From the NCBI RefSeq assembly GCF_036971445.1, contig NC_091470.1, forward strand, positions 161,634,001-161,698,000: a DNA stretch of 64,000 nucleotides, read 5' to 3'. How positions within the stretch are numbered: the first letter of the stretch is position 1; the number at the start of each line of letters is the position of its first letter. Position numbers and translations under genes: made by a program. The DNA is from Narcine bancroftii. Its lineage: Eukaryota. This document shows positions 22,961 through 35,048 of the stretch, one piece after another. The notes under the pieces are model-generated. The model had not been told where the DNA came from. It searched no databases and saw nothing but the letters and a program-made list of their open reading frames with translations.

Positions 22961-25081
22961 CAATTAAATCCTTTCTAAGCATAAAAGTGCTGGAGAATTT
23001 CAGCAGGTTCCACAGCCTCCATAGGAGGGAAACATTTCTGGATTGAGCCCTTCTCTTGTTCTAAATGGCTTTTTTTTTTCTTGCATTGCTTGATCATAAA
23101 ATTTTCACAATATTGGTTTTAATGACTCCTATATTAATCCATTTATTGAAAACCACCTTGGTGTCTACGGACTTTTCTTTCAACTGGAAGTCTATCGGTT
23201 GGTCCATGGTGAGTTATTAGGCATATCAAGTTAAAGAATGATAGTTGTGGGGATTGAAACTTATTGCAAACAAACATCGATCACTTCCAGGCCATAAATA
23301 TACAATGTCAGAATCACCAGCATTATCCTGTGCTCTATAGGAATGAGGAATTAATCTCTGTCTTTCAGCCATTCTTCATCCAAACAAGATACAGATGTGG
23401 AGACATCTATATCAGAATATTTTTATCTACAAGAAATGTTGCATTTGATAATAACAATTCCTTGATTCATAAGGCAATGCATACAGTAACATGGTTGTTT
23501 CCTGTTGTTGGGGAAGGTGGTGTACTGTAAAGATGGATATAATAAGTGACCAATAGCAAGAGTGTGGGGGAGGAGTTGGTAGAAGCAGAAGGTGCATTAA
23601 ATGAACACAGAAACAGGCCCTTCAGCCCACCAAGAACAGGCTGAATTTAATTCTTCACCAATCACCTTCCCCTTCACTCCACTCAGATTCTACCTCTCTT
23701 CTAGGCATAAGGAGCGATTTACAGTTACCAATTAAACTGCACCACTTCAGGATGTGGGAGGAAACCACGATGTTCAGAGGAAGCCCAGATATTCACAGGA
23801 AACAGCACCAGAGGTCAGGATTGAGCCTGGAGTTACGAGTCAGCACTTGACTTACCTGCAACACTGCACCCATGATAGCCCTCCCAGATCGACGATTATG
23901 CAGATTAGATAATGATGGTAGTTGGCTGAATTATCAGGGACAGGTTTATGTTCTGGGCCCATCCCCAATTGAAACTCTCCAGAACATGAATCAAAATGAT
24001 GGTACTTTTGGTGTGAGTTTGTCTGAATGGACTGCTGCTTGGGAAGTGTGATGGACTGTGCTGAGATGCCAGTAGTGTCCATGGTGGAAATCAAGAGTAT
24101 TGTAGAGTGGGATAGGTTCACCTGGCAAATCTTTATAATTATAATAAAAATGACAGTATTAACCCCATCCAGCAAACAGTCATGCAAAGGTGTATTTCAA
24201 TAGTTCTCCAAGGAAGGAAACTTTTACAGTTCAGGGATAATTGATGTTGGCATACCCAAAGACACTCAATAGGGTGAGGGGCTTGGATCTATTTTTAGAA
24301 ATTGTCAGAAGTGAAAAGCAGCTTGTACAAGGCATGCTTTAATTCACAACATAGCTGGTAGGGACAGTGCAATACGATTACACTTTACCGTGGCAGACCC
24401 AAAAGTAGGTGACGTTCTCCCAACCCCGATCATTCCCTCACCTGGAGAGTTACCGGATGTTTCTGACAGAATGCTATTCTTTTACATTATATTCCAGCTG
24501 CAGTTACTCCCCCTCTCTTTTGAGGTTGGTAGGAGAAGCGGGGCTCCTCCAGAACCTGGCAGTTTATCGATTTCATCACCCAGGTGCCGATGTCTCCAAA
24601 TCACAACACGATCAGTGGTATTCTGGATTTTGTCACAAATCTCAGAGCTTTCAGTTTACAGCACTGGAAACTTTTTAAAAACCCTTCAGGGGTATTACTG
24701 CCCCATCTTCTTGCCCTTGAAATGAATGGTATTTTAAAGGAGTCAATGATATCACTCTGGATCCAGAAGCAGATATTGATCCAATCGGATAAGGGCTGCG
24801 GATTTCTTTTCGTGGAGGATGTCAGTAAACAAGATGAGTTTCATGAAAATCTAGTATTTTCAAGGTCGAAATTACTGGCACAAACTTTCCAATCTAGGAT
24901 AAATGTAATGAAATTTAAATGAACTGATATGGTGGAGCTGGAATTCATTGGTGCATTTCTAGAAGTGACCCTGAGCTGCTGCCTTTTGCAGTATCGTGGA
25001 TCTTCAATGTTGATGGGTGATGGTGTGGATCTTTGCTGACGTGGATCAGTGATACAATGGATCATTTGTGTCATTTATCAT

Positions 25082-25608
25082 TGTGGTGCACTGTCAGACA
25101 CACACAAAGGTAAAGTGTACAATAGGTGTGATAGTACAGATCTATCACCAATGTATATAGTGTATATAGTTACAGTATCTAGACTGTGCTTTCAGCGATT
25201 GGCTGAGAGCTAAGCCACGCCTATTGTCTGGGCCTTAAAGGGTTGTGTCCCTAGCCAGGTCGGATCATTCCGGACTGGTCGGCCTCCTGTGAAGAGCTCC
25301 TGTCTTTTGCTAATAAAAGCCTTGGTTTGGATCAACAAGTCTTTGGTTCTTTCGACGAGCTCTACAATAGGCTTTAATCCACAAAGACTTCCACAGAGAC
25401 AGGCTGGCTATGGCTGCAGCAACTCTGAATGAGGCCTCAGGAGGCCGGCACAGGCTTATATCCTGGAGGGTGATTGACACCCGACCGGGTGGGGCTTGAT
25501 CCATTCAGGCTGACTGATTGACAGCCGGCCAGGTGTTGTCCTGTCTCCCTTACACTCCTGCAGGTACAGAGGTTGCCCCCTGCAGTAGGGCGGTGGTGTA
25601 GCATCACA
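25082..25608 (-). mobile_element. Solo LTR (outer), host of a second LTR
   Basis: TGTGGTGC...GCATCACA termini; 5-bp TSD ATCAT (25077-81 and 25609-13); minus-strand TATAAG and ATTAAA signals. Confidence 0.85.
25127..25366 (+). mobile_element. Solo LTR (inner, 240 bp)
   Basis: TG...CA termini; 5-bp TSD ATAGG (25122-26 and 25367-71); ATTGG box, TTAAAG, AATAAA near 25311. Confidence 0.88.
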
Positions 25609-25714
25609 ATCATTAATATTATAGAAGGATGATGCCGAGTTTGTGTGATGCCGTGGTTCAATGGTATTGCTGATTAATGATAGCACAGGCCATTCGTGTT
25701 ATTGAACAGTGATT

Positions 25715-26080
25715 CTTTTAAAAATATTTTTATTGGCATTTAATATATAAACAATGGAATGATACAATTAGACAATGTACATATAATAGATTTTAAAATA
25801 TAGGAAAAAGATTTCAAAATATGAACATAATTCAAAGGACCAATTCACATTGGTAATAGAGTTGTACAATATAACATTTAACAAAAAGAAAAAAAACCCA
25901 ACCCAAAACAGAGAAATAAAGGAAAGAAAGGAAAAATAAAAAGTGCTTTTCGAATGAATTATAAATTTCCTTTTTTTTAAATAAAAGGTTCACAATTATC
26001 TTTCCTTCTCATTCTGTAAGAATTTTTATCAAGAATTGTATTATTCATGGTTAAGCAAAGCTATTATCTGTTATATTATC
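25715..26080 (-). mobile_element. L1-like 3' fragment
   Basis: AT-rich UTR with a minus-strand AATAAA/A tail at the left end and a degenerate ORF2-end remnant at the right. Confidence 0.5.
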
Positions 26081-26394
26081 CAGTTTTTAAAAAAAGATAA
26101 AAACCCTAAACTCATTTTTTTAAAAAAGGAAAGAACAATAAAAGGACCCTCCTCCCCACCCCCCCCCCCCCCCACCCACCAATAGCTCAAAACCCACACC
26201 GCTAAGCAAGGTTAGGAAATGATAAGTGGAAATCAAGTGAAGTCAACCTGGAGCTCGACAGCCCAGCCCCAAAGCACTTTTTGCTACTCTAACTCTTTAG
26301 ATTATGGTAATAGTGAACTGTGATTCTTTGCATCTCTGGTCAGGGATTCTGTGCATGTCACTGATTGGCAATGTAATTTTTCAAAATTATATTA

Positions 26395-26630
26395 AAATTT
26401 AATTTACAGCGCAGTAGAAGCTGATTCAGGCCATTGAAACCTGTGCCCACCAATGAACCTACAACCCTGAACAATTTGGAGGATGGGAGGAAACGAGAAC
26501 ATCTTGGGGAAAACTCATGCACCACATGGGGAGAACGTACAAACTCCTTGCATACCGTGCCAGATGAAAACCTAGGTCACTGGTTCTGTAACAGTGTTGC
26601 ATTTAACTATTACACTAACCATTCTGAGCA
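26395..26630 (-). mobile_element. V-SINE (HE1-like), degenerate
   Basis: GGGAGGAAAC...GGGAGAACGTACAAACTCCTTGCA is the reverse complement of the V-domain. Confidence 0.75.
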
Positions 26631-27934
26631 TTGAAGTTACTAATCGGTGATTCTGTCAACCAGTACTTCACTGAGGCCATTGATTTTTGTTACTACAAAT
26701 CCATGGAGTGATTGATGGGTGATGCTATGTAACAATAAATGATACTATGCACCATTGGCATCTGAATGGTAATCTTATGGATTAATCATGTCAGTGAATG
26801 GTGAAATCATGCATTATTGATTGGAAATGCTATTCATCAGTGTTAACATTAATTAGTGAGGCCATAGAAATGTGCGTCATTGATCAGTGACACTATGGAC
26901 CAGCGATGTCATTGATTAGTGATTCTGTGGATCAGTAGTGTGACAAATAAAGAAAAAAGTTTTAGTGTATAATCTTACCTTATTGTCAAGCTGATTTGTG
27001 ATTTAGTATAATTCCTGGAATAGAATACTGTTGTAAAAATTGTTAAAACTAATACAACTTGTCTTCTTTAACAAAGGGAAGCTGGAAGGACCCAATGGGC
27101 CAGATGGCAACCATGTAGAGAAATCAGACAAGGTTTTGGGTTGGACTAAGGCTAAAGTAGTAAGAAGTGATAGCAAGTATATCAAGGTGGGGAAAAGAGA
27201 AGGGGAAAGAGATGGAAGGATATTGGGCAGAAGGTGGAAGAAGTGGAGAGAACATGGGGGAGGGGTGAGGTTAAGATTAGAGAGAAAAATTAGAATGGGA
27301 TGAGGTAAAGAAGAAATAGGATCCAATAGATGTGGAAGGATTAAATAAATGGGTAAAAAAAAATTATGTCCCATTGGGTTTAAGGCCTTCTAGGAGGAAT
27401 ATGATGTGTTTTCCTCAAGTTCACCTTTAGCTTCATTCTGACAATGGACGAGGCCAAGATTAGACATGTCTTTGTGGAGAAGGTTAGTGGAATTACAAAG
27501 GTTATCAACCGAGTGTTCAATATTCAAGATTAAAGATCATTTACTGTCATATGCTCAAAATTGTTTCCTTTAGTAAGAACATAAAAATGCTGGAGGACTC
27601 AGCAGGTCACCCAACATCCTCAGGAGTAAAATATATATAACTAACGTTTCAGGCATGAGCCCTTCTTCAAAGTATTCTTATTTTTCCTTTGTTTGCCCTG
27701 CAAAGACACAAAAGAGGCACCTTGAGTCCAACACTAATATCAAAATAAGAAAGAGATACAAAATGGAGTCCCTTCAAGGACATTGAATGACCATGGATCC
27801 GGCCACCTCCTCTGATTGCCAATGCCTCTAAATCCTCAACCTTCAAGATTTAGGCTGCCAAGTATCTGCGTCCTATCTCGAGTGGGGAGCTCAGTTTATT
27901 AAAATAAAACATTCTGGCTGAGGCATACGGGCAG

Positions 27935-28178
27935 AGAACAGATGCTCGGCGAAATGTAGCGATTAGTGCAATGCTATTACCCGGGTTCGAATCCAGCACT
28001 GCTTGCAAGAAGTTTTTATATTCTCCCTGTGTCTGTGTGGGTTTCCTCGGGATGCTCTGGTTTCCTTCCACCCTTTATAAACACAACGGGGTTGCAGGTT
28101 AATTGGTGTATTTGGGGGCAGGGGCGCTTGGACCAGAGGGCCCGTTACTGTGAAGTGTGTATAAATTAAAAAAAAATC
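27935..28178 (+). mobile_element. V-SINE (HE1-like)
   Basis: B box GGTTCGAATCC, V-domain TTCTCCCTGTGTCTGTGTGGGTTTCCTCGGGATGCTCTGGTTTCC, A-rich tail. Confidence 0.8.
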
Positions 28179-28842
28179 TTTAAAACTTACTGAGCATTAA
28201 AGTCATGGCACGAATTCAGGCAGCGATGTTATGTTTGATGCAGAGATAACTGGGGACACTTTATATCTACCAAGAAGATACAAATGAAGTATAATATTTG
28301 AAACAGCTTAGGATAGAACAGCAATTAAAAGTAGAGAACAAAGGAGTTGTAGAAGCATTAAAAAGACCATGTCACAGTCACAAACGATACACAGTATGTA
28401 ACAGAATGCGAGATAATTAGTGTGAGGGTCTCTTGCAAGCGAGCAGCCAAGGGTGGATGAAGTTCAAGCTAAGAAAAGAAGACAGTACCAATCAGAAAAC
28501 ATGTAAAGACAGTTTTGAAATTACCAAGTACATGATAGCTCAGGAGACCATTAGTTGCCAAACAAGGTAAAAGAAAACAAATGAAAGAATAGAATAAGAT
28601 GGGGAACAATTGTGAGCAGATGGATAAGAGCCTTGGTGGTTAACAGGACACAGCTGAAGGGAAAGAGTCGGTGTGGGATGGTCACACTGTCAGTGAATCA
28701 CTATGATTTCAAGAGACTCTGGGAGGATCATCTTTGAAGGGATGATCCTCCCAGAGGACTGACTGAAAATTGATTAATAGCTTAAATGTAATTACATCTG
28801 TTCCCCAAAAGGTTTCAACGTTCAAGATTATTTTTTATTTAA

Positions 28843-30145
28843 AATCACAAAACGCTGGAGAAGCTCAACAGGTCAAACCGTGTCCTTTATGCAGCAAAGT
28901 TAAAGATACGTCACCGATGTTTCGGGCTTGAGCCCTTTGTCAAAGTATGAGATAATGCCGGCAAGTGTCTGAACAAAAGAGTGGGGAGGGAGTGGCAAGG
29001 CAAGAGATGATAGGTGGAGAAAGGAGGGAGGGGACAGCAGCAATTGGGGGTGGTAGGGCTGAGTGAGTGAAAAAACTGGAAGGACAGAAAAAGGGGGAGG
29101 GGAAAGAAAAGGTAAACAGGTTTAGTGGAAAGCAGTAAAGTTAATGTTCATGCCATCTGGCTGGAGGATGGAAAATAAGGTGTTGTTCCTCCAATCTGCG
29201 GGTGGTCAGAGTGGACCATGAACAGACATACGAGTACAAGGAGTGTGACCCAGAATTGAAATGGTTGGCCACTGGGAGGTCACTGTGGTTGCGAATGGAG
29301 AGGAGATGCTGAGCGAAGCGATTTCACAATCTGCGACTGGTCTCTCCGATGTAGAGAATCCAACGGATGTAGCAAATAAATCCTCTGGATGTACAAGTGA
29401 ACTGTTGCTTCACGTGAAAGGCCTGTTTGGGGCCCCAGACTGTGGCTGCAAGTGTTGCACTTCCTGCAGGCAAGGGGGAAGGTGCCAGGAGAGCGATGGA
29501 TATGGAGGGATGAGTGCATGAGGGAACATGGAGGGGGCAGTCCCTTCGGAAGGCCAAGAGGGGAGGAGAAGGATCCTGTAGTAAGTGCCCCATAAATTCC
29601 AGCAGTTAATGTGTTGGATGTGGAGGCTGGTGGGGTGGTGGGGTGGGATGAGGGGGATTCAATGTTTGTTGTGACTGGGGGGGGCAGAGGGGACCAGGGC
29701 AGATGAGCAGGAAATGGAGGAGATGTGGGTGAGGGCTGAGTTGATAGTGGTGGAGGGGAAGCCACCTTTGTAGAAGAAGGGAGACATTTCAGAAGATCTG
29801 GACTGGAAGACTTCATTTTGCGGCAGAGACAGAGAAATTGAGAGAAGGGGATGGAAGCCTTGCAGGGGACAGGTTATGAGGAAGTGCAGTCCAGGTAGTT
29901 GTGGGAGTAGGAGGGTTTGTAGTAATGTCAGTAGAAAGCTTGCTTCCCGAGAAGGAAACAGAGAGATCCATGAAGGGGAGAGTGTTATCGGAGATGGACC
30001 AGGTGAGTTTGAGATCAGGTGGAATTTGGACGCCAAGTAGATGAAGCTGACAAGCTCATCGTGGGCACATGAGGCAGCCCTGATGTATATATACTGGAGG
30101 AAGAGTTGGGGGTCTTGCCTTTGTAGGCTTGGAGCATTTCCTGTT
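28843..30145 (-). mobile_element. Penelope-like element 3' half (RT thumb, GIY-YIG endonuclease, 3' pseudo-LTR with hammerhead-like motif)
   Basis: Remnants GPKQAFHVKQQFTCTSRGFICYIRWILYIGETSRRL and RSSEMSPFFYKGGFPSTTINSAL; motif TTGACAAAGGGCTCAAGCCCGAAACATC on the minus strand at about 28915-28945. Confidence 0.88.
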
Positions 30146-30900
30146 ATCAATCAGAAAATGTGATATCGCACAAAATTTTCTTTAATCCACGTAAGGCAGA
30201 CAAAGTTTCGCTATCAGCAGAAATTGCCTGGTGCCTCTTACAGCCAGAGAAAGAGATGCAAAAGAGAGTCTCTCCAGAGTCACTGAATGGTCTTGGCTTC
30301 ACCTCCAGTGCTTTCGCAGCTACACAGCCTTCAGTCCAAAGCATCAATAACCTGAGGTCCAAGTGCAGACCTCTGACATGATCAGGAAGACCTCAGCAGC
30401 CTCAGCATCTTCTCGCATCTTGTTTCCGATACCGGGTACCCCTTCAGCAAATCCCAAGCTCGTCTCCAACAGTCCTCAGCCTGGTGCGAGTCCTTTGACC
30501 GCAGTCGCCAGCAGCCTGCTGCCTATGTGGATTCCTCGCCTCAAGTCACCAACTGCTCATAGCCTGCATATTCTTTAGACTTGAAGCCCCTCACTTGTCT
30601 GTCGCTGTGGTCGCCATCCCATGGGTCGTCTCCTCTCCTTCTCCTTCTCACACAACGGGTGGTCTCCCCATTTTATGGTGCCCTGTGCCAGTCCTCTGCT
30701 TCCCTGGAGTCTGCAACCCCCAGTGGCTACCGCTGACCATAGGTGCTGCTGTCTTGGTCCCAGACCCCACAGTCGCAGGATTTTAAAATAGACCGTCGTC
30801 GGGTCCTTTAACAGGTGGTTTAAAGCCTGCAAAGAGCTGCCACCAGTCAGACTGGGCAGTTGGACCCTGCAGGGGAGCACTGTGACTTCACTTGTCATCA
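30146..30900 (-). mobile_element. Non-autonomous non-LTR element (family also seen at about 27520-27930 and 56075-56297)
   Basis: Shared block GCAGACAAAG...AGAAATTGCCTGGTGCCTCTTACAG...AAAAGAGAGTC...AGAGTCACTGA is the reverse complement of 56120-56225; no coding capacity seen. Confidence 0.55.
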
Positions 30901-31475
30901 TGAACAAGTTCCTTCAATTAGACTGAATTTGGTATCTTGAGAGTACAGCACAGGATTTGGAAGAAATGGCGAACATAATAATGATTCTGTGGATCAATAA
31001 AGTGTCTGTTGGCAATATTATAGAAGAATATCATTTACATCCATGTATTCATCCTTATCTCCCTGCCCATCTTTCTTTTGATATTGGTTATCTTTTTATA
31101 TCACCGAGTCGCTCCCTCTATGTCTCCATCCACAGACGTAGCTTGATCCGCTGGGTGTTTTCAGCATTTTCGATTTATTTATTTTTTAAGTAATTAGTCA
31201 GGAAGGCTACTTGCACCTCTGAATAATTTATAAATTCTTTCTGTACATCTTGTTATTGCATTTTGTCGGTGAAAATATGGAAAAATGTATTTAATTATAT
31301 TTCTCTATAAATAAATATCGGGGACACTTGGCTCTAAATCCCTTCAAACTGTTTTCCCTGAGTAATTATAAGTTTCAGGGATACATTTGATTTGTTCTGA
31401 ATGTTGATGCCTCCTGCTTCCATTGCCATTCCATCCCGAGGAATTTTCTCGCTGATGTAACCAATGGCATTGACC

Positions 31476-31645
31476 AAGGTTGGCCAAACTTTGGGACACC
31501 CCCCTCCACCCCCCACCCCCCACCCCCCTCGGGCCATTTGTGACCTGTGGCCCATTTTTAAGTCGCCCAAAGTGAATTTTAAAAATAAAATAGAATATGG
31601 CCCATTAGAACATAGTCTCTAATAATGTATGCACATTGTACTTCT
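31476..31645 (+). mobile_element. hAT-like MITE left-end fragment
   Basis: CCAAGGTTGGCCAAACTTT terminus followed by GGGCC/GGCCC subterminal motifs. Confidence 0.4.
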
Positions 31646-32259
31646 AGGTTTAAAGCCACTGCATAATTAAATAAATAACAATGCTGTTTCTCTTGCAGTG
31701 TGGCTGGTTGAAAACTACCAGGCTTAATGTTGTTTGGCTGGTGACTCCTTTATATTTTTGTGCACTTTCCAAAAAAAAGCTTGGCCGACCAAGCTTTGTC
31801 TCTCCTGATTTGCTTTTGCACTTCGGAGAGATACACTGATGCATTGAACTATATGCTGGGGCTAGAGACTGTTGGTGACTACTGCCTGGCTACTTGTAAT
31901 GCTCCTCTTCAGAAGCAGAGGGAAGAAAAAAGGGCAGGAAGGAACATCTGCTTCATGTGCAGAGTCCTGCTCCAAATGTTCCACCATTACGTCCAAGGGA
32001 GCTGTGCTTGCAATCTCTTATGCGTCACCTGATAATGTGCCTTGGGTGATAAATGACCAGTGAGTGTGGCAGGAACTCTTGCGTCAAATGATCAGACATT
32101 CCCTGCAATTGTCTGGGATACAAATGTGTGTATTCAACATTGCATTTCTCATAACATATAATAGTTGAAATATGTGGAACAATTTTTAGGGTCATATTTA
32201 GGGAGTTGACTATTGCACACATCCTACTTTGGACCTCAATAAGTACCTGGATTGTTCAA

Positions 32260-32800
32260 GGTGTCGGGAGCTCGGATGGGCGGACAGACAGGTGGGATCA
32301 GGTGGTAGTCTGTGATCAGAGTGTCGTGAGCTTAGATGGACAGCAGGTGGACGGCTGGGACCAATGGTAAGTCCGTGTTCGGGTGTTGGGAGCTCAGTTG
32401 GGCGGTGGGCGGATGGCTGGGACCGGTGGTAAGTCCACCTATGGGGCGACAGGAGTTCCGATGGGCGGGCAGGCAGGACCGAGAGGTAAATTCGCAGTCT
32501 TGGGCATCGGGAGCTCGGACGGGTGGGCGGCTAGGACCGGGTGGCAAGTCGACTTTTGGGGTGTCAGGAGATTGGATGGGCCTTGATCAAGGTATTGGGA
32601 GCTCAGATGGATGGGAGGCTAAAGCATTGGCAACAGTCCGCGATCGAGGTGTCAGGAATTCTGGCGAGTAGGCGGCCGGGGCCAAAAATAGCCGGGGTGG
32701 GGGGGGATCGACTTTTACATGCGATATATGAAAAATACAAGATTTTTGACCAAAATAGGGGATCGACTTTTACACGTTATCAACTATTACACACGTATAA
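32260..32800. mobile_element. Tc1/mariner (Tc2-like) non-autonomous element end with internal GC-rich ~60-bp repeats
   Basis: Duplicated GGGGATCGACTTTTACA motif and CAACTATTACACACGTATA end resemble Tc2-type TIRs; about 6 degenerate GGTGTCGGGAGCTCGGATGGGCGG...GGACC.GTGGTAAGTC units. Confidence 0.55.
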
Positions 32801-33710
32801 ACAATTTAGTAACACCATTCCATGAATTTAAAGCAGCAATGGCATCTTCAGACATGCTGAACTGCCAAAGGCTTCAGGAGCAAACTTACCTCAAAGGTCT
32901 GGGTGACCTGAAATAAAAACAAAACTGAGAGAATGGAGTCATAACATCAGTGAATATGAAAGGCAGATGTTTTATGATTGCTGCTTATCAATTTTTAAAT
33001 AGCTGACTGGAATGCGGTATGTATTCCAAAAGATAAATCATAAAACTGCTTTAATGCTCTGAAGAATAAACAGAAATTTTTCGGCTTGAATATTTTTATT
33101 ATTGAGACGCATTGAAGAAAATTCTTGAATAAATAGAATGAACGAAGTGCAGGAAATAGTCATGTTGAATAGGCGGTAACATTTTGTGTCATACAGGAAT
33201 GCTATTGATCTTCATTCCAACAAACAAGCATAAAACCAGCTTCCTGAATGATTCAATGAGCGAATATACTCATCCTTAAAGAACAGAAAGCTGAGATGTA
33301 AATGGCTTGAAAAGAGCATGCCGGAGATTTTCAAACCTTGCCAGCCAAAAGTGCAAGTGTTGGAGTCAGAGGAAGGCAAAAATCTTGGTGAGGGATATGG
33401 GGGTATATTGCAAGACCTTGGGAGATTATCAAGGTGAGAGGACTGAGGCCGTGAAGCCAGGGTGCCAGTTCTAAGGAGACTGGAAAGTAGGAGACCAGCC
33501 AGCAGGCATTTATTCACTCTGTTCCCCAGACAGTTTCTTAATTTAATTGATTGGACATCCCTGGAGGGTGTTTGGATGGGTTTCTCTTTCTAAATAACTC
33601 AACCTGGTCAAAAGAGGTTTGAAACAGTCAGATATGGAGATAATGAAAGGCACGGATGAAGGTTTCAGCCAAAAGTAACATTTCAAAGTTGGAATTTAGT
33701 GCAGGGGTCA

Positions 33711-33948
33711 TGTGGTGATATGTTTCCTCTATTGTATATAGTTATCATTGTCGGTTGTATATATGGAGCTGGCCCACCCACGGATGAATCATACCCTATG
33801 ACTCCTCCCCTGTGGTCCTGGGCCATAAAGGTCGAGCCACCTCTCCCTTCCCACCATTACTATACCTGGATCCAGGCCAGCAAGGTTCTGTGTATTAAAG
33901 CCTATAGTTTCCTCAACTTGTCTCTGTGGCTACTGGTAGTGCCCTACA
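33711..33948 (+). mobile_element. Solo LTR (238 bp)
   Basis: TGTGGTG...CCTACA termini; 5-bp TSD GGTCA (33706-10 and 33949-53); CATAAAG and ATTAAA signals. Confidence 0.88.
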
Positions 33949-34169
33949 GGTCAGAAACTCAGCTGTGGGCCAGGTCAGAAGTTAAAGTTGCAAACTATTT
34001 GGTTATGTCTCAGTTGGTGACCAGATAGCTGAAACATGTGGCAGAGACCCAGAGTGATGATCAAGAATGGAATTCTACCTCCTACCAAACCAATGTTTAG
34101 ATTAAGGAGGTTTCTATCCATCCAGCTCTAAGTATCTGATATCAGACAGACAATGTAAGGCTCAGGAGC

Positions 34170-35048
34170 TGTTTTGGTGACATGAAACTGGGTGGCAGTG
34201 TGAAGGGTGGGGAGGATGTTAGGAAAATGCAGGAGGACTTGGACAGGTTAGGTGACTGGGTGGATACATGGAAGATGCAGTTTAATGTGGATAAATATGA
34301 GGTTATCCATTTTGGTGGAAGGAACAGGAAGGCAGATTATTTTTTTAAAATGGAGTCAAGTTAGGGAGTGGGGAAGTGCAACATGATCTACGTGTACTTG
34401 TACATCAGTCACTAAAAGCTAGCATGCAGGTCCAGCAAGCTGTGAAAAAGGCAAATGGTATGTGCGCCTTCATAAAAAGGGGAATAGAGTATAGGAGTAA
34501 AGATGTCCTTCTGCAGTTGTACAGGGCCCTGGTAAGACCACACCTGGAGTATTGTGTCCAGGTTTATACTTGAGGAAGGACATTCTCGCTATTGAAAGAG
34601 TGCAGCGTAGATTTACAAGGTTAGTTCACGGGATGGTGGGATTGACTTTTGCCGAAAGGTTGGATAAACTGGGATTGTATACATTGGAATTTAGAAGGAT
34701 GAGGCAAGATATGATTGCGATATATAACATTATTAAGGGATTGGACATGATAGAAACTGGTTACGTGTTCCCAATGTTGGGGGAGAATAGGACTAGAGAC
34801 AATAGTTTAAGAATAAAGAAAAACCCCTTTATGATAGAGATGCAAAAACATTTGGTTACCCAGAGAGTTGTTGGTCTGTGAAATGCTTTGCCGCAGAGTG
34901 TGGTAGAGGCGGGTTCTCTGGATAAGTTCAGGAGGGAATTAGACAAGGTTCTTGTAGACAGGGGAATTTAGAGTTATGGGGAGAAGGCAGAGACAGGGTA
35001 CTGATAGTGGAAGATCAGCTGTGATCTAATTAATGGCAGTGATGGCTC
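34170..35048 (+). mobile_element. CR1 LINE 3' fragment (3' UTR resumes at 36945-36980)
   Basis: KLGGSV...DLDRLGDW...W.MQFNVDK; LYRALVRPHLEYCVQ; IERVQRRFTRL; 3' UTR split by the opposite-strand CR1. Confidence 0.9.

Noticed and set aside
28915-28945. U3-A8 compensatory hammerhead variant (TTGACAA)
   Set aside because: More simply CpG decay (CG to CA); the same copy also shows ACGT to ACAT.
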